A stretch of 64,000 bases of DNA from Narcine bancroftii (GCF_036971445.1 NC_091476.1:98270001-98334000); one strand, 5' to 3'; shown: positions 37,825 through 51,014, counted from the stretch's first letter. Translations and numbers: made by a program. Notes: generated from the sequence alone by a model not told the origin.

Positions 37825-38675
37825 TACAAAATGCTAGCTCCAGCTCCAACAGAATCAAGTTTGCAGATAATACAATAGTAGTTGGCCTCATTAGCCATAA
37901 CAATGAGTCAAACTACAGAGAAGAGGTGGAATGGTGTGAAAATAATTATCTGGGTCTCAACATGGACAAGATGAAGGAGATGATTGTGAACTTCAGGAGG
38001 ACCAGGGATGATCACCCTGCACAACACATTAATGGCTTAGTAGTGGAGAGAGTAGTGTGTACCAAGTTCCTTAGATTCCACTTACGGACACAAAACATCT
38101 CCTCACTTCTCAGGAAGGTGCACCAATGAGTTCACTTCTTAAGAATACTGAGACAGGCAAGGCTACTGGCCACCATCCTGTCACTTTTCTGCATCCTGGC
38201 CAGCTGCATCACAGTGTGGTATAGTTGCTGTAGAGCATCTGATTGGAAGCCAATCCACAGGACCATAATAGTGGCAGAGAGGATCACTGAGGTCTCCCTC
38301 CAACCCATTGATGAGATCTAATGGGATCATTGTCTAAAGAGGCCCCACAAAATCATTGAGGACCCCTTCTACCCTGCACACAGTATCTTTCAGTTACTCC
38401 TGTCAGGAAAGAGGTACAGGAGTATCACAGCAAGAACCATGGGCAATGAGACTGCTGAATGACAGATGAACAGCTCCTCCGTGACTGAACGATTTAACAA
38501 TAATATTTATTTATTTTAATATTTATGTACAAGTACTCTGCATATGTATCATTTGTCTGCATGTGTGTTGTGTCTGTGTGTGTCCTTGCAGTGTGTTGGA
38601 CCAAGAACCGAAGAGTGCTGTTTCGTTAGGTTATACATGTACGATTGGATGATAAATAAACTTGAAATTGAAAAA
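37825..38675 (+). mobile_element. Rex1/Babar-clade LINE, 5' truncated
   Basis: KFADNTIVVGLI...WCENNYLGLN.DKMKEMIVNFRR; 3' tail ATAAATAAACTTGAA at about 38652. Confidence 0.85.
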
Positions 38676-41482
38676 AAATTCAAGGATAAATAGAACATCA
38701 AAAAAATTGCAAGGGTAGTTGTTCGATGCCTTTTAAAAAAAAACCCAAAAAGATCAAAGTTGCATTAAGGTCAGGAGTTTTACACTCACAGAAAATTGGA
38801 TATGGTCAACACATTCTATCCAAAGTAGAAATAATAAAGCCATACATCATAAAAACAGAATGGTTTTATCAGTTCATAATTGTAGACCAAAATGCTGCTT
38901 GTGATCACTGTACTATAAGGCCCACAGAATCCTAATTCTCCACAAGTCTTTATATTTCTGATTCCAGTCAGATACATGTCAGAAGCACTCTTTGAAATGC
39001 TATGATCAAAATCAACCGTGTTCATAACAACTTAAATTATATAATAGACAAAATAAGAATAATATAATTTGAATCAATGCTGAAAACTGCATATTTCATT
39101 AAATTAAAATCCAGAGAGGGAATCAGAATCTGATTAGAGTTATATTAATTACAATTACAATTTGTAAGAAAAAGGTATTTTAAGAATTGAAATAATAAAT
39201 ATATGTAATGATAATTCATAAAATATTTTTCTAAACAATTAAAACATAATATTTACTCAGTTCTGTGCAAAAAAATCATGTATAAAATTAGAGGACTTAG
39301 TTCATGTAATGTTTAAGGATCCTACTTTAAACAGTCTTATTAGAAGATTTTAAAGGTAGTTAATAAAAGTTGGAAATTGTAATGGATATATCTTTAGACA
39401 TATTTTGTCTCAGCACCTGTTACTTTCTTTCATTTTCATTTGGAGTATCAACAAGCCTCAGTGGGCAATGATCTTGCAGTGGTCCTGTATTTCCATGGTC
39501 TTGAATAGGTTAGTTTGAGTCATTGGTTTGAATCAATGACATGGGTTCCAATTCACACAGGGTCCCAAAAATCATGAAAAATCAAGTTAGTTGATTTCCA
39601 CAAATTATGTAGTACTTCGAAAATGATGCACTCATGTCGTATCTTTTGAAACCTGAAGGAAGTTAGAACTAATTAAGTATTTTTTTAAAGTCTAAACACA
39701 ATGATAACATAGGAATGGGAAATAAGTCTGCATAAAGAATGCTCCCAAATGACCAATATGATAACAACTATATCAGATCCTGTAGTAATAATGACAGAAA
39801 GATAAGGATCAATCTCTGGACTGGATGCACTCCTCCTGCTCATCTTCAAAATTGTGCTTATATGCATGTAGACGGGACTTTGTCTTACTGAGTCAACTAA
39901 AAAGCATCATTGCAAACCCTCAGAATTACCCTGAAGTGTCAATAAGCTAAATCTCCAGAATGGGACTGGGCCACAACCCAGTGATTCAGAAGCTTACCAA
40001 ATGACAAGCACAGAGCCAGCAGGAATCATTGGATTGCCATTGAAATTAACAACTGATGTTGGCAAAGATGAAAACAGAGATACCTACATCTCCGTCATGT
40101 GAATGAACATCATGTAATTAGTCAGGATTTTAAAATAAACCTAAAACTACGAATCAAGATTTAGATATAGGACAAACTGCTCATGTTTCAAAATAATCCA
40201 TAATAAGGCAGTGATATCTCCAGTGCTTTTGCATATTATTTGTCAGGAGATGAAAACTAGTTTTTCTCAACAATCTGATGTCAGATGTACTGCACTCACT
40301 TTATGATAATATTAAACCCAACCATGCTTCTTCACTTCTGGATGAGTCACCAGGTGTAAGCATGAGCTCTAACACTTTTGCACCTTTGATATTTGGTACT
40401 TTCATTTGCTCTCTTAAGCGTCAGCAGAATTGAAAGCAACAATGTTAAGTATGTCATAGATTTAATGTGGTCATGTACCTTAGATTATTTTCCTTAAAAA
40501 ATGAAAATAATTACATCTTAAAAATAATTATATAAACTAATCATTGGAAAATGGACAATGTTAAGGGACGTGCAATGTTATTCTAACCTACTTTCTCACT
40601 TTTTAGCAGAGGAAACAAAAATCCACATGGCCTGGAAGAAATTAATTAAGTGGTAACAATGAACATGCTTGTTCAGATTCGATCATCAGTCCAATATTAC
40701 ATTTAATTCAGCTTTGAACCATGCTTCCATCATTATTTCTACGCATGTTCTCTTTGGCAAGACTTTAGCTTCATTAACAGTCAGATAATCACAAAGGAGA
40801 TTATTTTCAAATTTAATATGACAATTGATTTTGTAAAATAATTATCTAAAGTAAGTTACTTAGTACAGGATTGTTTTGGTTTGTTTAGGTTTTTAGCTTT
40901 GTTGTGCCTTGTAAAATCAGAGGATCATGTAGCATAGAAGACAGACATTCAGTTCATTGTGCCTGGTAAAGAGTTAAGTTAATTGGATGCTCTCCTCTGC
41001 CTTTGTCCTGAGCCTAGAAAGTATTGTTTTAACTAATAATTGTAAAATAATAATTCAGCATTATTGAGACCTATTATACAAGGACATAACATAAAAATCT
41101 AATATGCATGTTTTATAGACTATTGATTACAAGTGGCATCAGAAGTAAATCTTTGAAAGGTCTTCTGGTGAGACTTGAGATAATGTTTGGCCATGAGAGT
41201 CATTGGCTTGATAGTGGATGAAAATGAGCCTTGGTCATCAAAATACATATATTACACCCTAATTATAAGCACCCTTGGAGATAGATGACTTTCAGTACAC
41301 ACTATTTTCATTCATAAATTGTTGGACCAATCCTTATTATTCAGAATTTCTATATACTTCTGGGTTGTTTGTTTGGTTACAAATTCTCTGCTGAGGTCAT
41401 ATATGAATACTACCCTCTCTTTATGACGACATTACTCCTCACCATATTTCTTCACTTCTGGCTGGTTGCTTGAGCAACTAGG

Positions 41483-41813
41483 CAGTGGTTCTCAACCTTT
41501 TTATTTTCACTCATATACCTCTTTGTTAAGAGGTGCTCTGTGATTAGTAAGAGATTGCTTAAGGTGGTATGTGGGTGGAAAGAAAAAGTTTGAAAACCAC
41601 TGGTTTAATCATATCTAATTGTCTTGACAGTTTCATAACTCCAAAAGAAATGGGCCAATTACAATTTTTCTCAAGCAAAATATTTCACTAACAATTGGGT
41701 CTAGAGCAGTGATTTACCACCTTAAGCAATCCCTTACTAATCACAGAGCACTGATGGCATAGGGATTACTTAAAGTGGTATGTAAGTAGAAAGAAAAAGG
41801 TTGAGAACCACTG
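41483..41813. mobile_element. hAT-Charlie-like MITE, composite
   Basis: Inverted ends CAGTGGTTCTCAACCTTTTT / AAAAAGGTTGAGAACCACTG with CTAG-centred flanks. Extra internal end copies at about 41583-41601 and 41708. Confidence 0.85.
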
Positions 41814-42235
41814 AGCTAGAGAAATGATCAGCTCTTACAATTTAGCACCAAGATGATATCTAGGCTTTTACTGGGGAGTTGTGTCTGATGGAGTGGCAGG
41901 GTTGAAAGCAGCAGTATATGTTGATACCCAAACTATTTCTTTACTCACAAGAGATACAGCTGAAAGGTTGCAGGCATCAGTTAAATCCCAGTGAGAACAA
42001 AGTCAAGAAATAATTCCTAAAATGTTAACTTCTATCAATGTTAGTTTTTGACAAAACCGAGTAACTTTAATTTGAGCCAACTAAGTGTCTAGATGTTTAA
42101 AATTTCAAAGAAATGCCCTGAAAAATAAAAATAATTTCAGCATAGTTTCTCCATATCTGTGATGACTACATTGAGACTCCATCAATTGTTTCTCAACAAT
42201 GGAATGATTGACATGACAAATGCAATTGCAGATTT

Positions 42236-42320
42236 ACAAACGAGCCTGCAGCTGACGTGGATATTACCCCTCCATTAATCTTCGTCCGCGAAGCCAAGCC
42301 AAAGAAAGAATGAAAAGAAA
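42236..42320 (+). mobile_element. RTE LINE 3' tail fragment in the presumed JHY 3' UTR (antisense)
   Basis: Matches 4990-5065 and 49412-49485, ending GCCAAGCCAAAGAAAGAA. Confidence 0.85.
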
Positions 42321-42423
42321 GATTTAAAAATAACAATGTAAACAAAGAGTGCTCATTCATGACATTTTTAAGACCTTTCAGTATGATCTGCAACAACATA
42401 TTATGTTCAGATAATATTTGTCA

Positions 42424-42636
42424 TCAGGTCACGTGCATTGCTTTGAAGGCTGCTACAATTTGCTTCTCCTTTTCATGTCTTTGCTGCATCATCTCAAGTA
42501 TTGTATTTTCAGATGGGCCCAGTTCTACGTAATGATCTTGCTTAGTTAATTTATCCTGAGCCAGTGATTTATTGGCAACCTTGGAATTAGCTGAAAGTGG
42601 CTTTGGTTTATGAATACTTTTCGCATATTCCATCGC
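42424..42636 (-). CDS. JHY: JHY last coding exon
   Basis: CCATAG|GCG acceptor. Encodes AMEYAKSIHKPKP...LEMMQQRHEKEKQIVAAFKAMHVT-stop, matching the JHY C-terminus ALEYAKTIPKPKP...RHEREKQAVAAFK. A possible ATTAAA poly(A) signal lies at 42066-42071 (-). Confidence 0.93.
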   Translation of the reverse strand, partial: AMEYAKSIHKPKPLSANSKVANKSLAQDKLTKQDHYVELGPSENTILEMMQQRHEKEKQIVAAFKAMHVT

Positions 42637-44295
42637 CTATGGTTGTGTAAAGAAAAACAATAAAAAGTTTAATTAGAATGAAACATAACAATGACTAGTT
42701 CCAGGTCATTTAGCATTTTTAAGATTTTGTGAACACCAATATCCCCAATTTTGCTGCTGGTTCCAACAACTGCGTTTCAAACAAATTGTTGACTCCATCA
42801 ATAACAATATGCTGTTCCCACTCCTGATCTTATTCTCACACTGCCAAATCCCTGAGCTTTAATAGTATCCTATTACAGTTGCAATTGTATCCAGAGGCTT
42901 TGGAAGAGAAAGATTGAGGAGCATACCTTTACTTTGGGCCTAATAATATTCCAGTTTTAGGATTCCCTAATGGGTGCATTACGATTTCTAGATGATTAAT
43001 CATGAAATTTGGCAGAAATAAGTTATCACATGGTGTTATAGCCAAATCTCATAGGTGATTCTATGTGCAAGACTTGATTTCTGAGACTTGATATGGATAA
43101 TGCAAGAAATATATTATTAGATCCATGGAAACATCCCTTAGGTTCACAAAGACATCAAACAACTATGATGACAGAAACCATGAAGAAGTGTCCTCATAAA
43201 GTGTGTAGGTAAGTAGCTTAGTAGTATTGCCCTTATGATATCCACATCAAAATGCTTGTAATACACTCTTCAGCTACAGCTGCTGTAGAAATTGATTGAT
43301 TTGGAAATATATTTTTCTATTTTTTTCATGAGAAGCTTTTATCGTTTGGAGTGTAAATTAACATTGCACTGGATTTACTCAGCAATTACATTTCATTATG
43401 CAAGTTGAAATGCATTACAAGTTTACAGCAAAAAATTGAAATATACATAAGACTGCAAAGCTATTGGAATTACAATGCCTCATAGATGTTCGTAAAAAGT
43501 ATGTGTGTGTGTGTGGGATTGGAGGCAGATTCAATGGTAATTTTCAAATAGGAATTGGATAACTACAAGAAAAGAAAATTGCAGTTTTGCATGTTGACTT
43601 TAGAAAAGTAAAAGAAGCATACAAGGGATTATGTGTCACATAAATAATTCAACAATTTTGGCATGGAGCTATTAAGATTAACATACTGGTGTTATGGTAT
43701 CAGGCTAGATTTTATACCTTTCCACAAATAATAGGTTGAAAATGCAGGCATTTATAATATTATGTAAATAATATAGTCTAGAAATTATTTTCTCTGTGTT
43801 GTGTAGTCGTCTGGCATATGTTTTATGTGAGAGTACACTGCTGCTAAGTTTGACTTCACTATCTAAGGAGACAAGTAAGTTATCACTGCAGAGCACATGA
43901 AGAAGAAGGAGGTTACCCCAGAGGGAAAAAACCTGGATGCAGGGATAGGTATTAGTTGGAGTGGATAAGGTCCTTGAGAATTTAAGTATTGGGGTGTGGA
44001 TTCTGATTAACTACTGAGGGGTAAGTCAAGGTTTTCATTGGGAATATGAGTGGAAAGTTTGTATTGAGGAAATAGAGGGTGGGATTGAGTTCATTTGGGG
44101 GATCATTTCTTTAAATTAAAGGATATTGATCTGCAACTGATTCCTAGTGATAGATTGATAGGCTCAGATCTGCTCAGGAATGTTCCTAAGCACATTACTC
44201 ACAGTTGTAGGGAAACCTTACTTAGAACAGATCCTACTTCTGCATGAATGATCCACAAGCAAATGGTGTGAGTGCGTATTGTGAAATTAGGTTCC

Positions 44296-45685
44296 TGTAG
44301 CGTGAATAAAAGCTCTAATAATTGGAGGGAGAACAAATGCTTTTATTAACTTATAACTAAGGGTAGGGTTCAACAGTAGTCTTCAGAAGGGTTCTGGGTT
44401 TAGGTGGGAAATCAGGGTTATATGTGGGCAGATGGGGGCGGAGCCAGGAGGTGGGGCTAGCCATCAGCACAACCCCCTACCAGTGAATCCCAGTTCACTG
44501 CATTCACTCCTCCCTGTAGAATTTAGGGTCTATGAATGAAGACAGAGAACACGGGTTCAGAAACAAGTGGAAAAAAATATACAGTTCTTTACAAATTTAC
44601 AAATTTAAGTGGTCCAGGGTTCTGGAGATCCTGGTGGAGCGCCTTAGCACCAGGGGGGACTTGGACTCTTTGGGCCTCCTGGTCCCCTTGTGAGGGAGGA
44701 GAAGTAGGCTGGGTCTCTGGATTGATGATGGAGGGGGGTGCACTTTTCTTCTAAACCAAATTCCCTGAGGGCCTGACTGGGGGATGGTGAGAATGAGCTC
44801 CATGGTTCACAGGTCACCTAAGTAACAGGCCCTCTGTCCCGGCGGGTGCCAGGTCACTGATGGAAACGGTGTCCTCCCTGCCATCCAGGTACTCCACGTA
44901 GGTGTACATGGGATTGGCATGGAGTAGTTTCACCCTTTCCACCAGAGGGTCGGTCTTGCTTCTCCTTATGTGCTTCCTAAGGACTGGTCCAAGAGTAGTG
45001 AGCCAGACTGGAAATGTAGTTCCTGATGCCGACCTTTTTTCAAAAGTGAATAGGAGCTCATGAGGAGTTGTATTGGTCGTGGTACATAGTAGCGACAGGA
45101 TGCAATGGAGCGGCATGGGAATGACTTCCTGACAGTGTGAATCTGGAAGACCTTTTGACTTCAGAGTCAGTTTGACAGCCTTCCAGACCATAGCATTCTC
45201 TTTTATAACTTCCCTGTTCCCCCAGGGGTTGTAGCTGGTAGTCCTGCTGGATGCAATGCCCCCCACCAGCAGGTATTGACATAGCTTGTTGCTCGTAACT
45301 GACAAAGTGGACGTGTCTGGGCATGCAATAGGGAACAGGAAGTGGGAGAACTCATCAATGAGAGAGAGGAAGAAGGTGTTCCTGTTCATGGAGGGGAGAG
45401 GTCCTTAAAATCGACGCTGAGCCGTTTGAAGGGCCTGGGTGACTTGATCAGGTGCACCATTGAGGGCTGATATAAGTGTGGCTTGCACTCCGCGCAGACC
45501 TGGTCATTTCCCCGACATCTTCCATGGAATAGGGCAGATTGTGCGCCTTGACCAAATGAGCCATGCGGGTGACCCCTGGATGGCAGAGCTCATGATGCAT
45601 AGACTGCAGTTGCCCGGTGTGTGCAGAGGCACAGCTTCCTCTGGATAAGGCATCTGGAGGATCATTAAGGGCTGAGTGCAGGTCA
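44296..45685 (-). mobile_element. Truncated Gypsy element: integrase remnant, PPT and 3' LTR (44296-44502)
   Basis: HELCHPGVTRM...C zinc-binding region and FFLSLIDEFSHF / TTSYNPWGN integrase motifs. PPT AGGGAGGAGTGAA abuts a TG..CA LTR of about 207 bp. Confidence 0.88.
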
Positions 45686-45954
45686 GTAGGACTAGGCAGT
45701 AAAGTAATTTGGAACAGACTGGAAGGGATAAAAGGCCTGTTTCTGTGATGTAATAGTCTATGGTTTTTTTGACATATTACAATTGCTGGGCTTTCCAAAA
45801 TAAGAAAACTCTGTTTCATATGTTCATCTGAAATCTCTCTGCCTAATGGATCATTCATAATTAAAATATTCCTTTAATTTTCCTTCATTACCTTAACAGT
45901 TCATATTACTAATGATAAAAACACAAATGCAATTAAATTTAATTTTAAGTATAC

Positions 45955-46095
45955 CAATTTCCGGCTTGAAATGATCGTTTTGTTGTCAGTGCTTGGTGAT
46001 TGCTTCTGTAGGGAGGATGCTGATTTACATCCACCTTTCAGGTTTTGTTCTTTAATTTGCTTTGAATATTCCTTTTGTAGTTTCATTTTCTCTGC
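45955..46095 (-). CDS. JHY: JHY penultimate coding exon
   Basis: TTAAG|GCA...TTG|GTATAC, 141 nt. Encodes AEKMKLQKEYSKQIKEQNLK...SSRKL, similar to JHY QQKEYAKQVKEYN. Confidence 0.92.
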
Positions 46096-46794
46096 CTTAA
46101 GAGATAAATACACAAATAAATATAAGGTTTAGGAGAGAAAGAAAAACAAACATTGTCTTGATTTGAATTAAAGAAAAAACAGTACAAGGAATGAGTCCGA
46201 ATTTTCCATTCTCAACTGTGGGTAGTCCACAATAATGAATCTTCCATACTAAGATTTCAGTGCCACCAAGTACAAAACACCTTGCATTAAATTTAATCAA
46301 TAAGCACAGTTTAGAAGATCGAACTAGTCAGAAGATGCAGGATCTAGAACTGGCCACCAGGTGAGGACAGAAATTTGGATGTGATTTGGCTGTGATTTGG
46401 TGGTCAGCACATGGGGGCTTTAATGAGAGTAACACTATCAGATGGAATGAAGGGGGAATTCACGATGGGCATAGATGTTGACAGAAGTGGGCCAAGGTTT
46501 TTTGGTGGGACCAAGAACAGTAGTCCTAGGATAAAAAGAAACTTAAAAATATACTGGGCTCCGGCTGCTGTTTCTAGTCAGGCTGGCCTGGCAGGAAAAT
46601 CATCACTGATTCCCTGCTCAAGACAAAGTTAACATGGTGTTAACATGCTTGCTTGGAGACCAATCAAATCAACTGACCTTAATATGGGATATTCTAAAAT
46701 TTACCAGATTGAAGTGGGCACTAGTAGTTTAAAACCACTCTAACTTAACGAACACTAGGTAATTGTGATATTGAGAAAATCTGAAGTCACCTAC

Positions 46795-46881
46795 CTTTTC
46801 TTGAATAGATTTATAGTCAGTTCCTAATCCTCCAAGTTTTATATCCTGTTTTAGGTCCTTGTGGTCTCTCACTGCATAATG
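46795..46881 (-). CDS. JHY: JHY internal coding exon, not in ORF track
   Basis: TTTTTTGCAG|CAT...AAG|GTAGGT, 87 nt, phase 0-0. Encodes HYAVRDHKDLKQDIKLGGLGTDYKSIQEK, matching the conserved DVKLGGLGPD motif. Confidence 0.92.
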
Positions 46882-46923
46882 CTGCAAAAAATACAAATGG
46901 AATAACCATCAACATATTTCAAG

Positions 46924-49900
46924 TGTGACAGATTATGTTATATTTTATATTGTATATAGATAAGATTTAGAGGAGAAGCCCAGTACCTCTTCAGTGGATT
47001 CCATATGGCCGTTTTCAGCTGATCCCAGAGGGTTTCAGGAGACGGGCCCGTGAGGCAGTTTGCATCCGCGAGCTTTGCTTGGAGGTTTGCCTGGAAGTTT
47101 CCTCTCACTACGTCTGACTGCAAGTTTCCAACATTGAACCTCTCCCTGAAACATCCCCTGAAACCCTCTGGGATCAGCTGAAAACGGCCATACTGCAATC
47201 CACTGAAGAGGTACTGGGCTTCTCCTCCAGGAAAACAAGGACTGGTTTGATGAAAACAACCAGGAAATCCAGGAGCTGCTGGCAAAGAAGCGATCTGCCC
47301 ACCAGGCTCACCTTGCGAAGCCTTCCTGGCCAGAGAAAAAACGAGCCTTCCATCTCGCATGCAGCCATCTTCAGCGCAAACTCCGGGAGATCCAAAATGA
47401 GGGGTGGACTAGCCTCGCCAATCGAACCCAGCTTAGCGCCGACATTGGGGACTTCAGGGGTTTTTATGAGACACTGAAGGCGGTGTACAGCCCCTCACCC
47501 CAAGTCCAAAGCCCTCTGCGCAGCTCAGGCGGCGAAGTCCTCCTCAGCATCAAGATCTCCATCCTCAATCGATGGTCAGAATACTTTCAATCCCTTTTCA
47601 GTGCCATCCGCTCAGTCCAAGAATCCGCCCTGCTCCAGCTCCCTCAACAACCCTTGTCTAGAGCTGGATGAGGTCCTTACCCGGGAAGAGACATATAAGG
47701 CAATTGAACAACTGAAAAATGGCAAAGCAGCAGGTATGGATGGAATCCCCCCCAGAGGTCTGGAAGGCTGGCGGCAAAGCTCTGCATACCAAACTGCATG
47801 AGTTTTTCATGCTCTGCTGGGACCAAGGAAAGCTGCCTCAGGACCTTCATGATGCCATCATCATCACCTTGTACAAAAACAAAGGCAAGAAATCAGACTG
47901 CTCAAACTACAGGGGAATCACGCTGCTCTCCATTGCAGGCAAAATCTTCGCTAGGATTCTCCTTAATAGACTAATACCTAGTGTCGCCAAAAATATCCTC
48001 CCAGAATCACAGTGTGGCTTTCGCGCAAACAGAGGAACTACTGACATGGTCTTTGCCCTCAGACAGCTCCAAGAAAAGTGCAGAGAACAAAACAAAGGAC
48101 TCTACATCACCTTTGTTGACCTCACCAAAGCCTTTGACACTGTGAGCAGGAAAGAGGTTTGGCAAATACTAGAGCGCCTCGGATGCCCCCCCAAATTCCT
48201 CAACATGGTTATCCAACTGCACGAAAACCAACAAGGTCAGGTCAGATACAGCAATGAGCTCTCCGAACCCATCTCCATTGACAACGGCGTGAAGCAAGGC
48301 TGCATCCTCGCACCAACCCTCTTTACTATCTTCTTCAGCATGATGCTGAAACAAGCCATGAAAGATCTCAACAATGAAGATGCTGTTTACATCCGGTACC
48401 GCATGGATGGCAGTCTCTTCAATCTGAGGCGTCTGCAAGCTCACACCAAGACACAAGAGCAACTTATCCATGAACTACTCTTTGCAGATGATGCCACTTT
48501 AGTTGTCCATTCAGAGCCAGCTCTCCAGCGCATGATGTCCTGTTTTGCGGAAACTGCCAAAATGTTTGGCCTGGAAGTCAGCCTGAAGAAAACTGAGGTC
48601 CTCCATCAGCCAGCTCCCCACCATGACTACCAGCCCCCCCCCCCCCCCCCCAAATCTCCATCGGGCACACAGAACTCAAAACGGTCAACCAGTTTACCTA
48701 CCTCGGCTGCACCATTTCATCTGATGCAAGGATTGACAAAGAGATAGACAACAGACTCGCCAAGGCAAATAGTGCCTTTGGAAGACTACACAAAAGAGTC
48801 TGGAAAAACAACCACCTGAAGAAACACACAAAGATCAGCGTGTACAGAGCCGTTGTCATTCCCACGCTCCTGTTCAGCTTCAAATCATGGGTCCTCTACC
48901 GGCATCACCTACGGCTCCTAGAATGCTTTCCTCAGCACTGTCTCTGCTCCATCCTCAACATTAATTGGAATGACTTCATCACCAACATTGAAGTACTCAA
49001 GCTGGCAGAGTCCACAAGCATCGAATCCGTGCTGCTGAAGACCCAACTGCACTGGGTGGGTCACGTCTCCAGAATGGAGGACCATCGCCTTCCCAAGATC
49101 GTGTTCTATGGTGAGCTCTCCACTGGCCACCGAGACAGAAGTGCACCAAAGAAGAGGTACAAGGACTGCTTAAAGAAATCTCTTGGTGCCTGCCACATTG
49201 ACCACTGCCAGTGGGCTGATATCGCCTCCAACCGTGCATCTTGGTGCCTCACAGTTTGGCGGGCAGCAACCTCCTTTGAAAAAGACCGCAGAGCCCACCT
49301 CACTGACAGAAGACAAAGGAGGAAAAACCCAACACCCAACCCCAACCAACCAATTTTCCCTTACAACCGCTGCAACCGCGCCTGCCTGTCCCGCATTGGA
49401 CTTGCCAGTCACCAACGAGCCTGCAGCAGACGTGGACATACCCCTCCATAAATCTTCATCCGTTAAGCCAAGCCAAAGAAAGAAGAGATAAGTACGCAGA
49501 TCTCATTTAAACATTTAAAATGCCAGAACTATGCTCAAGCCAGACAGTCCAGGCTCCCAGTGCCTTTGTAAAATCAATGGAAACTTCTTTGCTGAATGAC
49601 TTCATAAGTAAGTGTTAATTGGACATGCTGTGGAGTCATGGATTTTTGTTTTGGAAAACAACAGATGAACGGACTTAGAAGATTGGGTCCAATGCTGCAG
49701 TCTGTCTGAATGTAGTTTACTGTTCTAAGAAGGTCATGTGGTTTTTTCTGAGCGAGAGAGAGAGAGAGAGAGAGAGAGTGAGAGAGAGAAAGAGAGAGAG
49801 AGAATTCCGTTCTACAGTTCTACAATTCAGCAGCTGCTGGGACTGGAACAAGTGGCTTTTGGAAGCTTGTTTGAAACCCCATCTGAAGATGAGTTGTGAG

Positions 49901-50493
49901 TTCTTAGTTCAGCCCGTTCAAAGCCCTTGTGTTCCATATAAGAGGAGATGGCTGGCTGTATAGTGTTTCGCTGAGATAAGGGAAACAGAAAAGGAACTCT
50001 TTGATGACCTGAAAGAAAGAGGTTATCATCTGGAAAACCCTGACGGGGCAAGTTTCTTTGGCAAGATACTGAAGTGGCTGATCGGAAGGAATCAGTTGTA
50101 TGTGTCGAACGAGCAAAAAATCTCTCTCGTAAAACCAATAAGAACCCTCCTGAGCAGTAACCATTTATCTTTGAAGCACCAAAGCCTGGTGAAGATTCAT
50201 AAATGTTAAATTCTGTGAACAGCATAAGAATTGCCTGATACTGGTGAACTTGGAGGAGTGAGAAGTGAGATTGGACTGTGAATCAATTAATTTTTCTGAA
50301 CTTACACAGACAGTACATGCACATGAGCTTAGAATTAGAAGGGGGTTAAGTTAGGTTCAGTTAATATTAATAAGTTAAAGTTTGATCCTGTTTTATGTTT
50401 AAAGAAAATTAAAAGTAACTTTTGTTTAAGAAACCATTTATCTTGGTGAATTTCTATTGCTGCTGGGTTTTGGGGTCCTCTGGGCCCATCACA
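46924..50493 (+). mobile_element. Solo LTR (family A), interrupted near its 5' end by an RTE LINE
   Basis: TGTGAC at 46924 and ATCACA ending at 50493, with perfect 4-bp TSD CAAG (46920-46923 and 50494-50497). Collinear with 19263-20310. Confidence 0.9.
46965..49485 (+). mobile_element. 5'-truncated, 5'-inverted RTE LINE
   Basis: RT ORF pieces at 47719-48747 and 48840-49451 (GVKQGCILAP, LLFADD). The segment at about 46970-47143 is inverted. Candidate TSD AGATAAG at 46958-46964 and 49486-49492; C18 run at 48634-48651. Confidence 0.95.
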
Positions 50494-51014
50494 CAAGCAG
50501 TAGTGTATAAATACACTAATCAATAGTGAAGAAAAATATAGGTCAGGAAATGTCATCGAAGAGATTGTGACGACTTTTATTGGCGAAGAGAGAACTGATG
50601 GGATTTGGGGAATGAATAGGGGTAGAGTGATAGGAAGTAAAATTGCTTAAAGAAGCTGGTGTAACCATGAAATGAAAACAGAAAGTGGTGGAAGTACTCA
50701 ACAAGCTTCTAGGGAGAGAGAAGTGGAATTGAACTTTCAGGTAAATGATCCTTTACTGGCCTATCTCTCTCTCTGAAGTTATATTATCTGCAGTTTTTTG
50801 CTTAACTATTTACGAACCAAGAACATGAAAAAAATGCAAGCCTGGAGGAAGTGGAAAAAAGGTTCTGAAAAACCTAAAGACAAGGGCATGAGTTTTAAAC
50901 TGTAGGTTTACCTAGAATTTTATTTGTAAATGGAATAAAACTTATCTAGATTTGTTTAAAACTCCAAAGACAAAATTTTTACTACCAATATAAATGTGAT
51001 GTAATTTTAAAAAA

